From Methanocaldococcus jannaschii DSM 2661 (lineage in GTDB: Archaea > AGJL01 > Methanococci > Methanococcales > Methanocaldococcaceae), in contig NC_000909.1 in the NCBI RefSeq assembly GCF_000091665.1, positions 880,712 through 912,711 of the forward strand: a stretch of 32,000 nt of DNA, given 5' to 3'. Below, in pieces: positions 27,751 through 32,000 of the stretch. The position numbers and the translations under genes are program-made. How positions within the stretch are numbered: the first letter of the stretch is position 1; every line of letters begins with the position of its first letter. A model generated the notes under the pieces. That model did not search any database and was not told the DNA's origin. It saw nothing but the letters and a program-made list of their open reading frames with translations.

Positions 27751-28851
27751 ATGAGTGAAGATTCAAATCCAAAAAATGACTTAAAACTAAAAATGTATGA
27801 GACATTCAGAAGCCATATTGAAAGGGCAGAGAACTCTTTTTGGACATATATGTTGTTTTATTTACAGTTTTTAGTAGGGATAAACGGTGCTGTTGGAATA
27901 TTGTGTAGATATTTGAGTAATAACCTTCAGAACTTTCCTACTGAAATTATTATTGCTTTTCTGGCTTTGGTAAATATTTTACTTTCACTTATTGGAATAA
28001 TTGTTATAATTGAAAGAGGAAAATGGTTCTTTAGGAATATGATATTAACTGTTAATTTAGAAAGGTATATTTTAAAAGAAGAGCATATAAAAATAATTCC
28101 CAAAAGATATTCTAAATTTGATAATTTTAATAAAGTTATTGACACTACTGGAAGAATATTTATTTCAATATTTATTGGAATTTACATGATTTCAGTGATT
28201 GCTCTTGGATATCTTGCTAATAGTTGTAAAACAATTATTTTATTTGGGACAGGATTTTTTATAATAGTTGTGATTATCTATTTTTTAGATTTATTAGATT
28301 GGATATATAGAAGAATAGACTCAAACGAATATCGCAAAGTGATTGGTGTTGTATTATTTATATCATTTATACCACCATTGATGAATTATTTCATTTATGA
28401 TATAATAAACCTAATATGTTCTTATATCCCAGAAAGTTTTATTGTAGCAATGATTGTTATACTTATATTTGTAATAATAGATGTCTATTATAATGCAAAA
28501 AAACATATTGAAAATACAATAATAATGTTGAGTTTAGAGAGAACTGTTAATGATATCGATGATATCATAAAAATATTGAAAAACATTAGATTAGATGATA
28601 CAAAAAAAGAAGAATTAAAGAAAAAACTTAGAAAAATAAAAAAACTCATTGAAAATGTTATAAAATTACTCGGAGGGACTTCAGAAAATGGAACTCAAAA
28701 TAACAATTTAGAAGAAGCAAAAAGTAAAATTACTGAAGCATGTAGGAAGATTTCCGGAAATAACATTTTTGAAGCAATAAATGAACTAAATGAAGCAAAG
28801 TATATTATAAACAATAAAATTAATGAATTAACTCAATCAGATAGTTCTTAA
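27751..28851 (+). CDS. Multi-pass membrane protein with C-terminal coiled-coil region, unknown function
   Basis: About six hydrophobic helices, then a charged helical tail KKEELKKKLRKIKKLIENVIKLLG...SKITEACRKISG. SD GGTGGGGG upstream. Confidence 0.8.
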   Translation: MSEDSNPKNDLKLKMYETFRSHIERAENSFWTYMLFYLQFLVGINGAVGILCRYLSNNLQNFPTEIIIAFLALVNILLSLIGIIVIIERGKWFFRNMILTVNLERYILKEEHIKIIPKRYSKFDNFNKVIDTTGRIFISIFIGIYMISVIALGYLANSCKTIILFGTGFFIIVVIIYFLDLLDWIYRRIDSNEYRKVIGVVLFISFIPPLMNYFIYDIINLICSYIPESFIVAMIVILIFVIIDVYYNAKKHIENTIIMLSLERTVNDIDDIIKILKNIRLDDTKKEELKKKLRKIKKLIENVIKLLGGTSENGTQNNNLEEAKSKITEACRKISGNNIFEAINELNEAKYIINNKINELTQSDSS

Positions 28852-28881
28852 ATAATTTAAAGAAATAAACACAGTGAAACT

Positions 28882-30291
28882 ATGGAAAATTGGGTAGAAT
28901 TGAAAAAAGGAGCTAAGGTATTGCAAAACAACAAAAACAACAAAATTTTGATAGTTACCCATATAGATACTGATGGGCTAACATCAAGAGCTATTTTACA
29001 AAAATTGGCTGAGAGATTAAACTTGGATGCTGATTTCATGTTTTTGAAGCAAATTACTATAGAGACAATAAATGACATTCCATTTAAAGACTATGATTTA
29101 ATAATCTTTGCTGACTTAGGTAGTGGGCAGTTAAAGATGATTAAAGAGAAGTTAGATGAACTCAACTTATCTGATAAGAGAGACAAAATTATTATCTTAG
29201 ACCACCACCAACCAGAGGAGATAAAGATTCCAAAAACCATCATCCATATAAACCCCCTAACCATTGCAAAAAGCGGAGCTGAAATTTGCGGAGCTGGAGT
29301 TTCATATTTATTTGCAAAAGCTATAAACAATGATTGGATTGATTTGGCTAAATATGCTGTTTTGGGTGCTGTTGGTGATATTCAAAACATTGAGGGAAAA
29401 TTAATTGGTTTGAATAGAAAAATACTATGCGATGCAATTATGAATGGAGATGTTAAAGTAAAAACAGATTTACAGATGTATGGTAGGCAAACAAGACCTT
29501 TATTTGTGTCTATGAGATATTGGGCAGATGTGAGAACTGATTTATTAAATAACGATTCAAAGATAATCAAATACATCCAAAGCATAAATAAAAAGTATGA
29601 TATTGAAATAAACCCAACTATGAGATTAGCTGAAATTCCTTTTGAACATAAAAGGATTATTGGAAATGAGCTTTTAATAAAATGTCTAAACTATGTCCCA
29701 AACCACTGGACACCTTACATTCCAAAGGTTATATTTGGAGAGGTTTATGAATTTAGAGGAGAAGAGTTTGGATCTCCATTGAGAGATTTAGAGGAGTTCT
29801 CAACGTGCATAAACGCATGTTCAAGATATGGAGATTATGAAACAGCTTTAAATGTGTTAATGGGAGATAGGGATAAATACTATAGAAAAATGCTCTCAAA
29901 CTTAAGAAAGCATAGAAATAACTTAAGGGAGGCATTAGAGCATGTGAAAAATGACGTTGAGATAATTCAAAAAGATAGATTCCAATACTTTGAGACAGAT
30001 AAAATTATGTCAAATATTGTTGGGATTGTTGCTGGAATGAGTTATTCTATTGAAGAAGTGGATTGGATGAAGCCGATATTTGCAATAACAGAGGATGAAA
30101 ACGGCTATAAGGTATCCGCACGATGTCCTAAGCTATTGTGCTTTGCTGAGGATGTGAATTTAGCCAAGGCAATAAAATATGCATCAGAAAAGGTTAATGG
30201 TAGTGGGGGAGGGCATAAATTTGCCTGTGGGGCATATATTCCAGATAATAAAAGAGAATTTATAAAATACCTTGAGATTGCTTTGAGATAA
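28882..30291 (+). CDS. recJ: RecJ-like DHH/DHHA1 single-strand exonuclease
   Basis: [49 protein letters not shown]. Confidence 0.9.
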
Positions 30292-30311
30292 AAATATTTT
30301 ATGGGGATATT

Positions 30312-30979
30312 ATGCAAATTCCAATTTTAATATGCCGTTTAAAGACAGATAAACCACTTAAAAAATCGCAAACACCATTTTTGAGGGGCTATATTTTAAA
30401 CAAATTTGGAAAAGAGGATTATGTAGAATTACACAACCACAGCGGAATGGTTTTCTCTATACATATCCAAAAATACAGTATAAGATTATTGGTGGAGATG
30501 CTGTTTTAATTGGCATAAAAGAGGGGATAAACATTTTGGGAGAGATTATTTTAAATATTAGAGAGTTAAATTTAAAAGGAGAAGTTTATAGGGTTGTTAA
30601 TGGCTATGCAAAGGTGAAGTTTGAAGAATTTGGAGTTGCTGAGAATATGATTAAGTATAAGTTTATATCTCCATGGATTGCTTTGAATGAGAAAAATTAT
30701 TTGGAGTATAAGGAGTTAGATGAAGATGGAAAGAAAGAGTTGTTAGAGAAAATTTTAGTTGGAAATATTTTATCTATGAGCAAGTATTTAGATTATACAG
30801 TTGAAGAAAAGTTAAAAGCAGGGCTTTTAGAATATGAAGACTTTGTTGTTAAATATAAAGGAAATAAGTTTATTGGCTTCTGGGGAGAGTTTTTGGTTAA
30901 TTTTAACATTCCTAATTATTTAGGAATTGGAAGAAAGGTTTCCAAGGGTTTTGGGAGTGTTATAAGAGTTGAAGAGTAA
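30312..30979 (+). pseudogene. Cas6b-like CRISPR-associated endoribonuclease, frame-disrupted
   Basis: Frame 1: MQIPILICRLKTDKPLKKSQTPFLRGYILNKFGKEDYVELHNH. It continues in the -1 frame from about 30443: RNGFLYTYPKIQYKIIGGDAVLIGIKEGINILGEIILNIREL...YKFISPWIALNEKNYLEY...FLVNFNIPNYLGIGRKVSKGFGSVIRVEE. Confidence 0.78.
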
Positions 30980-31003
30980 GTAAAAATAGAGGAAATTTAA
31001 AAA

Positions 31004-31597
31004 TTAAACCTTCCTAATGAAAGGATATGCAATTAACGCCAAGCCAATTATCATTGTTAGATACCAACCTGTCCCCACCTGAATCTTTATAATATCCTTA
31101 GAGAGATAACTGGATTTTTCATTGACCACTCCCGTTATTAAATCTATTGGAGTGACTTCTTTACCTCCTGTAAGAGCTAATCCAGAATCTGATGAGTTCA
31201 GCCCTACTGTGAATAACACAACAAATATTGAAGCACAGGTAATTCCTGCTATTCCAGCTCCAACTACAACCGCTTTTTTATCAACGAATATTGAGGCAAT
31301 GTAGAGGATTATTGGAATTATACCAAATATCATCATAAATGTTGACATTTTTTCTTTAACAGCCATGTCAAAGTATTGTTTGACATATGGCATCATCATT
31401 TCTACAAATATGTTGTTTGTATCAGATTTAATATCTGATGAAACTCTAAATGGTGCGAGATTTACAGATAAATGAATTCCTTCGTCTGTCTTTATGTTTA
31501 TCGTAGAGGCAGAGATTGTGAGCCATGGGAGAAACAAAGCAATAATCCCTACAACAATGAGGGCTATTTTTATATAGTCAATTTTCTTTGGTAACAT
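31004..31597 (-). CDS. Multi-pass membrane protein of unknown function
   Basis: ORF 197 aa with about four hydrophobic helices. Start preceded by AGGTGAAAAA. Confidence 0.75.
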   Translation of the reverse strand: MLPKKIDYIKIALIVVGIIALFLPWLTISASTINIKTDEGIHLSVNLAPFRVSSDIKSDTNNIFVEMMMPYVKQYFDMAVKEKMSTFMMIFGIIPIILYIASIFVDKKAVVVGAGIAGITCASIFVVLFTVGLNSSDSGLALTGGKEVTPIDLITGVVNEKSSYLSKDIIKIQVGTGWYLTMIIGLALIAYPFIRKV

Positions 31598-31860
31598 TTT
31601 TTCACCTCGCTTTAATTTTTTAAATTTAGATTATATGGTAAATGATACTCTTTTTATGTATTAATTTATGCTTTATCTAAGTAATGTAAAGTAGAACTTC
31701 TCTAATACTACAAAACTCATATATATATACTTTACGGTTTTAGTTTAGTTAAAAATATTGGAATATTTGAATTAATAAATTAATGTTTAAAAAAAGATTT
31801 ATTCTTCTTTGAGAATTATAAGTTAAAATTTTTGGTAGTATATGGAAAAAAATAGGTTTT

Positions 31861-31960
31861 ATCCTTGTTTTAATGGACTAAGAGTTCAAACAAAAGAACA
31901 TAACTGTGATGAAGTTGTTGCAGTCCTCCCAATGTTTCCATCCTTATTTTAATGGACTAA
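31861..31960 (-). CRISPR. Possible CRISPR remnant or array edge (two similar repeats, array may continue past 32000)
   Basis: Minus-strand copies TTAGTCCATTAAAATAAGGATGGAAAC (31960-31934) and TTAGTCCATTAAAACAAGGATaaaACC (31881 downward), period 79 nt, separated by about 50 nt of unique sequence. Confidence 0.4.
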
Positions 31961-32000
31961 CGATAAACACTTACTCTTTTTTCTTATTATACTCAAACTC

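Noticed and set aside
30470-30540. Programmed -1 frameshifting as the favoured explanation for the Cas6b split
   Set aside because: No canonical X_XXY_YYZ slippery heptamer or clear downstream pseudoknot was seen. A one-base loss is simpler, though not proven.
31122-31304. Small plus-strand ORF inside the 31004-31597 membrane protein gene
   Set aside because: It is antisense to a longer ORF with a good SD and a credible transmembrane pattern; its composition fits a shadow ORF.
31909-31929. GTGATGA matching a C/D-box sRNA C box
   Set aside because: No CTGA D or D' box is found at suitable spacing, and the motif lies in the putative spacer between repeats.

Overview
The window looks like an ordinary chromosomal stretch of a hyperthermophilic Methanocaldococcus-type methanogen. 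Gene order and the AT-rich, GGTGA-type start sites match, from memory, the MJ0948-MJ0979 part of M. jannaschii; I could not run a search to confirm this. It encodes one tRNA-Val(UAC) and about 28 genes. These include a HARP-type protein-only RNase P, a TmcAL-like nucleotidyltransferase, prefoldin alpha, an MnhE-like protein, HisC, class V aminotransferase, transaldolase, a divergent MCM coupled to RNase P subunit Rpp21/Rnp4, hydantoinase/oxoprolinase A and B, uroporphyrinogen-III methyltransferase, radical SAM, DJ-1/PfpI lipoprotein, a soluble P-type-ATPase-like HAD, pantoate kinase, His-rich CbiX/CfbA, M50 protease, MarC, PAPS-reductase-like PP-loop, VapBC and RecJ/DHH. I found no complete novel defence system. 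Structures the ORF track does not explain are: (1) a decayed CRISPR array at 22124-22341; (2) a frame-disrupted Cas6b-like gene at 30312-30979, close to a second CRISPR-like repeat pair at 31861-31960; (3) a 33-bp duplication of the 3' end of cfbA, stop codon included, flanking an 84-bp hairpin-rich insert that stays in frame; (4) a 91-bp element with 15-bp perfect terminal inverted repeats at 3614-3704; (5) an uncharacterised three-gene cassette at 6725-9844. An unlisted partial ORF runs off the left edge.
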